DNA from: Candidatus Babeliales bacterium
GTDB lineage: Bacteria > Babelota > Babeliae > Babelales > JANWKD01
NCBI GenBank assembly: GCA_963762115.1
Contig: CAVXJH010000006.1
Location: forward strand, 160,001-224,000
DNA: 64,000 nt
Direction of reading: 5' to 3'
The translations under genes were made by a program, and so were the position numbers. The notes beneath the pieces were generated by a model. That model searched no databases. It saw only the letters and a program-made list of their open reading frames with translations, and was not told the origin of the DNA. Numbering within the stretch: position 1 is the first letter of the stretch; every line of letters begins with the position of its first letter. This document shows, in pieces, positions 40,226-50,013 of this stretch.

Positions 40226-41920
40226 TCAATCAAATGCTGATGCAAAGTTCTGAGCAATTAAATTGAATATTTCGACATTGCCTTGAGCTTTTTCAATTGA
40301 TTGATCAGTAATTTCTGCTCCACCTTCTAATAATGCCTTTATTATTTCTGGTTCATTTTTTTCTATAGCAATCTCTAAGGGAGTTTCGCTGCTTATTTTA
40401 TCTCTGAAGTTAGGATTTGCGCCAACTTTTAACATGTTTTTAATTATCTCTACATTATTTTCTCTAACAGCTTTTATCAAATAACTTCCCAAGAAAGGGA
40501 TTATCAATTCTTTGATTTCACGGTTACGGGCAGCAAGTGCAAGTGTTTTTTCAGTTATTTCTGCTCCATGTTCTAATAAAACTTTTACTATATTAGATTG
40601 ATCCTGGGCTATTGCCATAGTTAATGCATCAAGACCTTCATTATTTTTGCCATTAGGATCAGCACCAAATTCAAGAAGTTTTTTTACTGCTTCTGATGAA
40701 CCTTGAGATACAGCAGCTAATAAAGGAGTTTCGCCATTTGTACCTTTTTCATTAGGGTTGACACCAGCTTTAATGAGTGGTTCTATTGTATTAGGATTAA
40801 ATCGAGCAGCATGATATAACGCTGTTTCATTATCAAGATCTTTAATGTTAATATTGGCACCAGCATCAATGAGTAATTGTACTGCTTCAGTATTATTTTG
40901 TGCTGCTAACATCAATGCAGTTTCCCCCTTTTTGTTTTTAGCATGGATGTTAGCTCTAGCTTTAATAAGGGTTGGAATGAGGGATGGATTATATGTTGCT
41001 GCAAACATCAAGGGCGCTTCACCATATTGATTTTTTTCATTTACTGAAGCTCCTAAGCTAATAAAGTTATCAATAAGTTCAGGCATATAACGAATTGCTA
41101 GGGTAAATGCTGACCATTCAATTTTATTAGTGGTATTTAATGCAGCAGGTAATTTGATATTTTTTGCTTCTTGAGGAAGAAAAAGATAATAGCCTTTTGC
41201 CTCATCTTTCTTTGCTTTTAATTTTTTTTGTTCTTGTAGAATTTCAATGATAAGATTAACAAGATCTAGATCTTGTTTTTGTATTGCACGTTGTAAAGGT
41301 GTGACGGCATATTCATCAGGAGAACTTACATCAAGTCCATTTCCTTGTGTTGCTAGTAAATATGATTTTATTAAATGATGAATATTTTCTTCTGTTAGCT
41401 TCTCTAAAGGAATTGTCTGATAAGGTATTGCTGTAAGAGCAATTGATACTAAATGAAATGCTGCATTAAGATGGCCTTTATCAATAAGTGCATTTAAAGC
41501 AGTTTTGCCGCTTCGATCTTTTAAATTTGGGTCAACGCCAAGCGTCAAAAGATTTTCAACTTCTTGTTCAGACGTTGCATTATGAAGTCTGGTTTCTTCA
41601 AAGCACAATTTTTTTTGAGCTTCAGCTTTTATCGCTTGCCTTACTTCTTCTGCCGGAATTGATTCTAAAAGTTCTGGTACATTTTCAAGCTCGGGTATTA
41701 CTTCAATAAATTTTTGTTTAGCAATTTCTTTTAATGTTTTAATCTGAGGTGGTTTTGTTGATACCCTTCTTCGTTTAATGGGAGGTTGTTGAGGTTGTTT
41801 TTGTAGTAGGCATCCCTTTTCTTCTTCTTCAGGTTGTTTCCGTTTTCGAGACTCTTCCATTGAACAAAGTTCAAAAGATATAAAAAAGAGAAATAAAAGA
41901 ATAAAAAATAGTTTTTTCAT
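40226..41920 (-). CDS. secreted ankyrin-repeat protein
   Basis: Signal peptide; GETALMLAA, GETPLLAAV, GADPN. Confidence 0.92.
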   Translation of the reverse strand: MKKLFFILLFLFFISFELCSMEESRKRKQPEEEEKGCLLQKQPQQPPIKRRRVSTKPPQIKTLKEIAKQKFIEVIPELENVPELLESIPAEEVRQAIKAEAQKKLCFEETRLHNATSEQEVENLLTLGVDPNLKDRSGKTALNALIDKGHLNAAFHLVSIALTAIPYQTIPLEKLTEENIHHLIKSYLLATQGNGLDVSSPDEYAVTPLQRAIQKQDLDLVNLIIEILQEQKKLKAKKDEAKGYYLFLPQEAKNIKLPAALNTTNKIEWSAFTLAIRYMPELIDNFISLGASVNEKNQYGEAPLMFAATYNPSLIPTLIKARANIHAKNKKGETALMLAAQNNTEAVQLLIDAGANINIKDLDNETALYHAARFNPNTIEPLIKAGVNPNEKGTNGETPLLAAVSQGSSEAVKKLLEFGADPNGKNNEGLDALTMAIAQDQSNIVKVLLEHGAEITEKTLALAARNREIKELIIPFLGSYLIKAVRENNVEIIKNMLKVGANPNFRDKISSETPLEIAIEKNEPEIIKALLEGGAEITDQSIEKAQGNVEIFNLIAQNFASAFD

Positions 41921-43243
41921 GATGCGATACCTATTAAATTAATGATTTATTAAATTTTTTCTTTATAAATAATCTATAGGTATAATTTTAACAAATACGC
42001 TATTCAAATTGCAATAATTAACTTTTTTATAATTAAATTATATGCGCCGTACTTTAATTTTTTCTATTTTCTTAACATATACTCTGTTATAATCTTTGCG
42101 TTATCATAGCTTTTTTAGAGAAAAAACAAGTCTGATTAAACAACTTAAAGAATATGGTTTGCAGAAGATAAAGAAGTAAAAATTACTTCTTTCTTTGTAT
42201 GTATTCATTAACTATTTCCCATAGTTCGGGATATTTATCTTTTTCGCGCATTACTCTATTTCTTGATCCAAGTGGTATTATAGCTCCTGCATTTATTAAG
42301 AGTTTTAGAGCGTTAGCATTGTTATTATTTATTGCTATTGCTGCAGCCTGAGAAGTTGTAATACTATTAATTTTTTTTGAATAAGGACATGTCCAGTATG
42401 AAGTTGTATTGGGATTAGCACCTAACTTAATTAAAAGTTCAACTAATTCTGGTAAATGTTGTATTGCTAAAGTAAGAGCAGATTCTTTTTGATTATTAAT
42501 ATTATTTATTGAATCAAGTTTATTTTGCTTTTGTAAAATAGATATAATTCTTTTTGCAAGTTCTAAATTTTTATGTAAAATTGCTCTTTGCAAAGGAGTA
42601 AAAACATCATTATCTGGTGTACTAACGTCTAAATTTAATAGACCACCTTTTTCATTTATTAAGTTAATTAAATGAAGAGCTTCATTATCATGTTCATTAT
42701 ATATAAGTGAATTTATAGCTGTTTTACCAGATCGATCTTTAATATTTGGATCAAAGCCTAAAGTAAGTGCAGTTTCAATTTCTTTCTCAGTTTGAGCATT
42801 ATGTAATCTTGTTGGAGCAAAAGGAAGTTCTTGTTGTGCTGCTTCTCTTATTTCATGTTTTAGTTCTTCTTCTGGAATTGATTCAATAAATTCTGATAAT
42901 TCTTCTATTTCAGGAGCTATCTCTGCAATCTTTTCAGCAGCAATTTGACGTAATGAAGGAACAGTTGTTCTTCTTCGTTTAATTCGAAGTTGTTGGCAGA
43001 CATTCTCTTGTTCTTGCTCTTTTTCTTTTTCAGGCTCTTTTCGCTTTCGAGATTCTTTTTGGTATTCTTCTTGCTGGCCTTCCATTGCACAAAGTTCAAA
43101 AGATATAAAAAAGAGGGATAAAAGAATAAAAAATAGTTTTTTCATGATACGATACCTATTAAATTAATGATTGATTTAATTTTTTCTTTATAAATAATCT
43201 ATAGGTATAATTTTAACAAATTTATTATTCAAATTGCAATAAT
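41857..43243. repeat. 162-bp duplicated signal-peptide/upstream segment (41857-42018 and 43082-43243)
   Basis: Ungapped, near-identical alignment by eye. Confidence 0.9.
42183..43145 (-). CDS. secreted ankyrin-repeat protein (short paralog)
   Basis: Signal peptide; TRLHNA, DRSGKTA, TPLQRAI, GANPN. Confidence 0.88.
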   Translation of the reverse strand: MKKLFFILLSLFFISFELCAMEGQQEEYQKESRKRKEPEKEKEQEQENVCQQLRIKRRRTTVPSLRQIAAEKIAEIAPEIEELSEFIESIPEEELKHEIREAAQQELPFAPTRLHNAQTEKEIETALTLGFDPNIKDRSGKTAINSLIYNEHDNEALHLINLINEKGGLLNLDVSTPDNDVFTPLQRAILHKNLELAKRIISILQKQNKLDSINNINNQKESALTLAIQHLPELVELLIKLGANPNTTSYWTCPYSKKINSITTSQAAAIAINNNNANALKLLINAGAIIPLGSRNRVMREKDKYPELWEIVNEYIQRKK

Positions 43244-43258
43244 ATATTCTTTTTAGAA

Positions 43259-43648
43259 TTATTGAGAAGATTTAGATAAGGTTTTTAGTTTTTTCAAATA
43301 ATGCAAATGTTTGTTGTAATATTCATTATTTTGATTTGTTAATTGATGATACTCTTGAGCAAGGCATGAATTTAAAATGATCATGGCTGGAAGAGTAAGA
43401 GAATTATATTCTTCATGTTCTAAGTCATTCCTTCTTTTCTGATTGAGTTGTGTATATTCGTTGAATTTTTTAATGTTGCTTTTCGATAACGTATAGCATG
43501 ATAAAAATTGTTCATTATTATTGTTAATTTCTTGAAGGGTAGCAATAAGAGCTCGTTGAATAGATGTATTTTGATTTTGAATATGTATCTGTTCCATTGC
43601 GGTGCATAGCATAAAGCAAAAAAACACAATAAACATATTTCTTTTCAT
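43259..43648 (-). CDS. secreted hypothetical protein
   Basis: SD, signal peptide CTA-MEQ. Confidence 0.6.
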   Translation of the reverse strand: MKRNMFIVFFCFMLCTAMEQIHIQNQNTSIQRALIATLQEINNNNEQFLSCYTLSKSNIKKFNEYTQLNQKRRNDLEHEEYNSLTLPAMIILNSCLAQEYHQLTNQNNEYYNKHLHYLKKLKTLSKSSQ

Positions 43649-43793
43649 TGTTTTATCCCTTAAGTAGTGTACGTTAGTTTTTTCTAGTTGCTTAGCATAT
43701 ATTCTTTTATAATTTTTACATTATCTTAGCTTTTTTAGAGAAAAAACAAGTATGATTAAATAAAGTAAATGTGATGATATAAAGGGGTTCTTA

Positions 43794-45047
43794 ATGAAAA
43801 TAATAAAAATACAGGGAAGAGAAATTTTTGATTCTCGAGGATTTCCAACACTCGAATGTGAACTCACGTTAGATGACGGTTGTTCATTTATAGCATCAGT
43901 TCCTTCAGGAGCTTCAACGGGAATTCATGAAGCAATTGAATTGCGTGATAATGATGCGCAGCGATTATTTGGTAAGGGAGTATTAAAGTCGATTGATATT
44001 CTTGAAAATGTTATAGCTCCTGCCTTGATTGGTAATGCCCCACAAGTTTGTAGCATAGATCGATTTATGATTGATCTTGATGGAACGCCAAACAAAGCAC
44101 GATTGGGTGCAAACACCATTCTATCAGCAAGTATTGCGGTTCTAAAAGCGCAGGCGCATCTTGAACAGGTTGAGCTCTATGAATGTATCGCACACCTTTA
44201 TAATGCTGAAGCGGTTATGCTGCCTATTCCTCTTTTTAATATGATCAATGGTGGTGCACATGCAGATAATAATTTGCGTATACAAGAATTTATGGTTGCT
44301 CCTCTGGGTGCTAAAAATTTTAGGCATGCATTAGAACAAGCTTCGCTCGTATTCCATCATTTAAAACGATTACTTAAAGAAGCTGGCAAAACTGTTTCTG
44401 TTGGTGATGAGGGCGGATTTGCACCTCATTTTGAACATGAAGTAGAAGCGATCGATTTTCTCTTGAAAGCAATTGATGAGGTTGGTGATCAAGATATGTT
44501 TAGAATTGCCCTTGATGTTGCAGCATCAGAATTTTATAATGCACAATCTCGCACTTATTTGTGGCATAACAAAGAATATTCATCAACTGATATGATCGCT
44601 TTTTATCAAGAATTGCTTGCGTATTATCCAATTTATTCAATTGAAGATGGTCTTGCACAAGATGATTGGGATGGTTGGATGACATTGAATCGTACACTTG
44701 GTGAAACAACACAAATTGTTGGTGATGACCTTTTTGTTACTTCAAGTTCGCGCATAATTCACGGTGTAAAAACACATGCAGCAAATGCAGCAATAATCAA
44801 ACCCAATCAAGTTGGCACGGTTACTGAAACATTGCAAGCAATTCAAACGTGCCAAGAATATGGTATGGGCACGATTATTTCGCATCGTTCAGGAGAAACT
44901 GAAGATTCGTTTATTGCTGATCTTGCTGTTGGCACGAGTGCAGGTCAAATCAAAGCAGGAAGTTGCTCACGTGGTGAACGAATGGCAAAATATAATCGTC
45001 TTTTGCGCATTGAAGATCAACTCATTTATGGATTACTTGAGGGCTAA
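43794..45047 (+). CDS. eno: enolase
   Basis: DSRGFPT, VPSGASTG, GDEGGF, SHRSGETED. Confidence 0.98.
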   Translation: MKIIKIQGREIFDSRGFPTLECELTLDDGCSFIASVPSGASTGIHEAIELRDNDAQRLFGKGVLKSIDILENVIAPALIGNAPQVCSIDRFMIDLDGTPNKARLGANTILSASIAVLKAQAHLEQVELYECIAHLYNAEAVMLPIPLFNMINGGAHADNNLRIQEFMVAPLGAKNFRHALEQASLVFHHLKRLLKEAGKTVSVGDEGGFAPHFEHEVEAIDFLLKAIDEVGDQDMFRIALDVAASEFYNAQSRTYLWHNKEYSSTDMIAFYQELLAYYPIYSIEDGLAQDDWDGWMTLNRTLGETTQIVGDDLFVTSSSRIIHGVKTHAANAAIIKPNQVGTVTETLQAIQTCQEYGMGTIISHRSGETEDSFIADLAVGTSAGQIKAGSCSRGERMAKYNRLLRIEDQLIYGLLEG

Positions 45048-47789
45048 CAACGGATTATTTGAATCCTGCATAAGTTGTTTTAATCGTTCAGCACGATATT
45101 GCATAGCATTATTTACTTGCTGCATCCCATTTTTTTCGGGTATCGCGTTTTCATATTCTTTATAATCATGTTGTATTCCCGATTTAATAACTTTTTCTTG
45201 CGCATTTTCATTCTCAGGAATAGCATTTTCATATTCTGTGAAATCATGTTTAATGTTAGCTTGATTGAATTCTTGCTCTGGAACGGCAATTTCATCTTTG
45301 CATGTTGCAGCTTCTTCACAATCATAGGTGACAGGAATAGTCTTATTTGTTGCATTACATGTTGGTTTTATGATGCTGCAATAGCCAGGATCATTACACA
45401 TATCACGTTTATCACTGCAACGTGAGCCACGCGCTTTACTCTCAGAGTGAACGTTCCATTCATTTTTCATTTCATGATTAACAAAATTGCCAATAACGGT
45501 ATCTGCATAGGTGAGATTTGGTTTAAAGAACCAACGAGTGACAGGATCGCGTAATGTTTCAAAAGCAAGTTCTTCAGTAAGTTCATTTTTTGCATAACAT
45601 AATTTGTCTTTTGTATAGCTGCCAATGCCGCCTTTCACCTTTGGATACATGATGCGTGGTGAAATAAAAATCATCAGATTATTTTTTGTTTTATTATCTC
45701 CTTTTCGTTTGAAGAACCAACCAAAGATAGGAATTCTACTCAATAATGGTGTTTCATTTTCACTGATTGAATCATTGAGGCTAATTAAACCACCTAACGC
45801 TAAAACTTCTCCGTTACCCACATTGGCGTTTGTTTGTACTAAACGTGTTCTTCTATTATTATTTTCGGCAAGAAATTGTTCAACTTTTACAATAATATTT
45901 AAATTAATATTATTATTATCAACACTGATACGTGGCAAAATATCAATTGAGGTAGCCGCAACAACATCATCTTTTTGGACTTTAATACCACCAGTTTGAC
46001 TTACTGCATCACCATCAACCAATCGTTGTTCGGCGATGGTGATTGAAGCTTGTCGATTATCTGCAGTCGTTATGAATGGTTGTGCAAGTAAGGTGCTGTT
46101 GGTATAAGCATCGAGAACCTGCCAAACACTCCAAATGCCGCTGTTATCAGGATCATTGAATGAGATTACCATTGATCCAACACCGCCTTCGGTGGCAAGA
46201 TTGAAGTTGCCGGTTTCGCCTTCTTGAATGCGCAATAAGTTTGCCATAAGTGCATGATTTGGATAGAACGGAATACTACCATTTGCAGTGTCTATACTGC
46301 CATTACCAGGACGAAGCACCGGAGAATCGATCATTGCTGTTTGAAAATCAACATTATCTGACCCTACGTTAAATAAACTACCTTTATTTCTCATTTGGCT
46401 GCCAAGGATTTTATCATTATTGAGCGTTAAGTCGACAACAAGAACTTCAATGGCAACTTGTGGTTGCGGTTTATCAAGGTCTTCAATGAGTGCCTTAATA
46501 CGAATCCAATCTTGTTTGCGCGCAGCAACAATAAGACGATTACCCGCTTGTTCAATACCTTGCGTTTCACCACTCACCGATTCACTACCATGAACTGCAG
46601 AAGGCGTCTCGCTTGGCGTGATTTGTGTGGCTTCGCTTTTTTTCGGTGCTTTTATGCTAAGCGTTGATTTTTCTGCAACAATGATGACATCTTGGAAATC
46701 TCGCTTTGGTCCTACTGTTTGACCTTGTGTTTGTGCTTGTCCTGTTACTGATTTGCTGATTAAATCTTGTAATATTCCTTGGAAATCTTCCGCATTAAGA
46801 TATTGCAAATCATAAATATGTAAGATTGATTCACCTGTTTCTAAGGGATGATCAATATATTTTATAATAAAATCTTTTACTGTTCTGATTGCCTTTATTG
46901 ATCCCATCACGACGATGGCATTTGTGCGTCCGAGTGCTAAGACTTTGGTGTTAGGGGGAAAGTAAGAAACTTGTTTGGTTGTTTCTCGGGTAGGGGTTGC
47001 ACTTGGTGTTGCTACAAATAATTTATTTTTAAAAAGATCTTCAACAAATGCGGCTTCTGTATAAAAAAGTGGAACAACTTCAATAGCATCGGGAATACCC
47101 TCTAAATCAAGTTCTTTGATAATAATCATTGCTGCACGAATATTGTCGGCTTTATCAGTTATAATAAGTGCATTTGTTTTATCATCACGTTTTATATCAG
47201 CCATAGGAGAAAGCATTGATTTTAAGATCGCTTCAATATTGGTACGTGTTGAATCATTGCTTAATTTTAGATTAGCAAGATAAAAAATTGTTTGTATGAC
47301 AGTGCCATCATTTGGCAAATCTTCAATTTGTGGATTTTTATAAACAGTAAGGGGTTCACGTTTAATATCATTGCTTATTTTAGTGAGTATCAGAAGATCA
47401 TCGTGGGGAATCCAAGAATAACCAAGAAATTCGAGAATTTTATTAACTTCTCGCCATGCTTGATTAAGAGTGACTTTTTTGGGTAGTTGATACGTTAACT
47501 TGGTGGTTAATGCATTGGGACTTTGTGGTTGGGGTAAAATAATATTAACTTTTTTTTCAGCTGCATATTCATTAATGACATCAGAAAGGGGAATATCTTT
47601 ATAGTTAAAAGAATATAGTTTTTTGGGTGCTTCTTGTGGAGCATCAGCTTTTGATTCGCTCGTATTTGGTTGATTTAATTTTTGTTCAAGAACTTTTTTT
47701 ACTGCCGTTAGCTCTTCAGTTGCTTTAGCATATATCGCACTATGTGCTAGCAGAATAAATAATGCTTGATAGATTATTTTAGTTTTCAT
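45033..47789 (-). CDS. gspD: type II secretion secretin GspD-like (second copy)
   Basis: N0/N-domain repeats (TNALII), LDKPQPQVAIEV, LGGLI, PLLSRIPIFGWFF, NLMIFISPRI. Confidence 0.85.
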   Translation of the reverse strand: MKTKIIYQALFILLAHSAIYAKATEELTAVKKVLEQKLNQPNTSESKADAPQEAPKKLYSFNYKDIPLSDVINEYAAEKKVNIILPQPQSPNALTTKLTYQLPKKVTLNQAWREVNKILEFLGYSWIPHDDLLILTKISNDIKREPLTVYKNPQIEDLPNDGTVIQTIFYLANLKLSNDSTRTNIEAILKSMLSPMADIKRDDKTNALIITDKADNIRAAMIIIKELDLEGIPDAIEVVPLFYTEAAFVEDLFKNKLFVATPSATPTRETTKQVSYFPPNTKVLALGRTNAIVVMGSIKAIRTVKDFIIKYIDHPLETGESILHIYDLQYLNAEDFQGILQDLISKSVTGQAQTQGQTVGPKRDFQDVIIVAEKSTLSIKAPKKSEATQITPSETPSAVHGSESVSGETQGIEQAGNRLIVAARKQDWIRIKALIEDLDKPQPQVAIEVLVVDLTLNNDKILGSQMRNKGSLFNVGSDNVDFQTAMIDSPVLRPGNGSIDTANGSIPFYPNHALMANLLRIQEGETGNFNLATEGGVGSMVISFNDPDNSGIWSVWQVLDAYTNSTLLAQPFITTADNRQASITIAEQRLVDGDAVSQTGGIKVQKDDVVAATSIDILPRISVDNNNINLNIIVKVEQFLAENNNRRTRLVQTNANVGNGEVLALGGLISLNDSISENETPLLSRIPIFGWFFKRKGDNKTKNNLMIFISPRIMYPKVKGGIGSYTKDKLCYAKNELTEELAFETLRDPVTRWFFKPNLTYADTVIGNFVNHEMKNEWNVHSESKARGSRCSDKRDMCNDPGYCSIIKPTCNATNKTIPVTYDCEEAATCKDEIAVPEQEFNQANIKHDFTEYENAIPENENAQEKVIKSGIQHDYKEYENAIPEKNGMQQVNNAMQYRAERLKQLMQDSNNPLLALK

Positions 47790-47800
47790 TATTTAATTCC

Positions 47801-48379
47801 TTAGCTCTCAATTTCTTTTGGTGTTTCTACTTTTGGTTCAAGGGTCGCAATAGTTAGTTTTACATTGATAGCATTTGGATTTGTTGTTGAGCGTTCAACT
47901 TCAACATCCTTTGTATAAATTCTTTCTTCAAGTTCAATAGCATGGAGCAATTCGCTCATTTTTTTTGTATTCATATTGGTAAGATTAGCATACAATGTCC
48001 ACTCAGTATAATATCCATCCAGAACTTCTTGTGACATAGTTTCAACGTCTTGTGTTTTATTACTCATGAGTCCTAATTTTTGGAGTAGTTGATCGAAATA
48101 TTGAGAAATTTTGAAGTCTTTCTCTTTTGCTAATATCGCATCAACACCTACTTGTAGTTTTTTGACCAAATCATAACGACTGACCAATTCGCGTACGGCA
48201 ACGCGATGTTTATTCACTATAGCTATGCGAGAACGTAATGAGGAAATATTTCTATAATAAAGAAATACAATGAGTCCCATAAGAGCAATCAAAACACCAA
48301 AAGCAATAAGAATGTAATTTCTAAATTCTTTTTGATCCCAGTTATCGATATAGTTCTTTAACGAAGTTAAGATATTCAT
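47801..48379 (-). CDS. GspM/PilO-like inner-membrane platform protein
   Basis: Single TM, coiled coil, ferredoxin-like C-terminus; follows the GspL-like gene. Confidence 0.6.
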   Translation of the reverse strand: MNILTSLKNYIDNWDQKEFRNYILIAFGVLIALMGLIVFLYYRNISSLRSRIAIVNKHRVAVRELVSRYDLVKKLQVGVDAILAKEKDFKISQYFDQLLQKLGLMSNKTQDVETMSQEVLDGYYTEWTLYANLTNMNTKKMSELLHAIELEERIYTKDVEVERSTTNPNAINVKLTIATLEPKVETPKEIES

Positions 48380-50013
48380 TGAGTAACACCATTTTTCTTT
48401 AAAGGCATTTGCAAGGTGAATTTTGTAGTTTGTAAACTTGGTATAGTGAGGAATAAGTTAGTATTTTTTAACTCTCTTTCAAGTATTTTGAGTGCGTCAA
48501 AATCTTTTACTTCACCTTCAAGAGTAAGACTACTTGGTTCTTGTTGACTAATGATTAATTTTGTTATTTTAAGCCCAAGAGCATTTCTATCAATCGCAGC
48601 ACTGAGTTTTTCTAAATACTTTAAGAACGATACTCTTGTTTGCTGTGAGAATGCAAACCAAATAGCTTCTTCTTCGGTAACTTTTTCTTCTGCTTCGCGT
48701 ATGCCAACAGCTACTGATTTTGCATTAGTAAGCCCAAGTTTTTTTAAAGTTGAAAGTACTTCTTGCTCGGATGCTGCTACTTCTTTTTTTACCGTTTTGG
48801 TACGGAGAAAATTATTAACAAGCAGACCGATAAAAATACAACCAATAAGGAAAAAGCTCGTAATAATTTGTTTATTAAAAAGAGAATTTTCTGATGGTGC
48901 GAATTCTTGCCTGAGTAGATTGAACTCTTGCATGCGAGGTGTTATGAGTGCCGTACTTAAGCTTACTATGGTAGATTGCGGTATTTTTTTGCCATTTTTA
49001 ACAGAAAATCCCGGAACGTCCAAAAGAGCATTTATAGCGAATAATTCAGTTGAAATACCCAATTGTTCATTAAAAAATGAAACCATGTTGGGTAATTCTG
49101 CACCATCACCTAATAATAAAATGTTATCAAGTTTTTTATGGTTTGGATTTTGTGCAATAAATGAATCTAAAGTAAATCGAATTTCATTAAGATATGAGGT
49201 TACAACAGTATGAATAGCCTTACTATAAGGATCTTCAGTGTTTTTTTCCAAACCAAATCGAATAATTTTTTCTAACGTATCTTGTGGTGTTGCCGACAAA
49301 GATTGAGCAATTGTTTTTGCCCAGTTGGTGATTCCTTTTGGCAAGGTGCGAAGTAAGGTGAGTTGTCCATCAATGACGTAGGCAATGCTGGTAAAGTTAT
49401 AGCCGAGGTCAATAATTGCTGTTGCGCCTTTTGATGATGCATAACGAGGAATTATTGTGTAGAGGCCATATAAATCAAAAAGATCAATGGTAATAGTGTT
49501 TGGCGTAACTCCTGCAGCTTGAAAATAACTTACATGCTCAATAATATGTTGTTTTTGCAGAGCACACACAAGAACTTCAGAAGTATGTTGTTCAGGATTA
49601 CTTTTTGTAATAATAAAATCAATGATTGCATCTGAGGTAGGAAATGGCAAATATGGTTCAATTTCATAATTAAGAACCATGCTAATTTTATCACTCTCTA
49701 AAAAAGGTAGTGTTAACCCTTTAAAAATAGCATTTGAGCTTGCAAGTGAAGTGCGTATTAAATCATAACGATCAGCAGTTGCAAGAATTTTTTTTATGGC
49801 CTGTGCTACACGATCAGCAAAGGGAATAGACATATCTGTTGTTAATGATTCAGTAAAAAAACGTTCTAAAGTAACTTTATTTCCGTGCATCAGTACTTGT
49901 GTAGCATGTACCGATGATTTGTTAATAGAAAATCCTATTATTCTTTGTGAAATAAGATAATTGGTACCGAATTTTTCAGGAATAAAAATATTTTTTACAA
50001 GATTAGCTATCAT
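48376..50013 (-). CDS. GspL-like protein (PilM-like cytoplasmic domain, TM, PilN-like domain)
   Basis: LPF..EIEPYLPF, IIDLGYNFT, LLGDGA, NLLR, TM, TLEGE. Confidence 0.75.
   Translation of the reverse strand: MIANLVKNIFIPEKFGTNYLISQRIIGFSINKSSVHATQVLMHGNKVTLERFFTESLTTDMSIPFADRVAQAIKKILATADRYDLIRTSLASSNAIFKGLTLPFLESDKISMVLNYEIEPYLPFPTSDAIIDFIITKSNPEQHTSEVLVCALQKQHIIEHVSYFQAAGVTPNTITIDLFDLYGLYTIIPRYASSKGATAIIDLGYNFTSIAYVIDGQLTLLRTLPKGITNWAKTIAQSLSATPQDTLEKIIRFGLEKNTEDPYSKAIHTVVTSYLNEIRFTLDSFIAQNPNHKKLDNILLLGDGAELPNMVSFFNEQLGISTELFAINALLDVPGFSVKNGKKIPQSTIVSLSTALITPRMQEFNLLRQEFAPSENSLFNKQIITSFFLIGCIFIGLLVNNFLRTKTVKKEVAASEQEVLSTLKKLGLTNAKSVAVGIREAEEKVTEEEAIWFAFSQQTRVSFLKYLEKLSAAIDRNALGLKITKLIISQQEPSSLTLEGEVKDFDALKILERELKNTNLFLTIPSLQTTKFTLQMPLKKNGVTQ

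Larger units (their letters stand above)
38772..42179 (+). repeat. 42-bp direct repeat of the aspS 3' end (38772-38813 and 42138-42179)
   Basis: Both encode KQLKEYGLQKIKK*; 4 differences, all synonymous. Confidence 0.9.
42061..43760. repeat. 80-bp duplicated eno-upstream segment (42061-42140 and 43681-43760)
   Basis: 70/80 identities, ungapped. Confidence 0.85.

Noticed and set aside
45033..45047. 15-bp convergent overlap of eno and gspD
   Set aside because: Common in compact genomes; no sign of function
48551..49213. 220-aa plus-strand ORF and the many other short antisense/nested ORFs
   Set aside because: Shadows of well-supported genes, with no recognisable motifs
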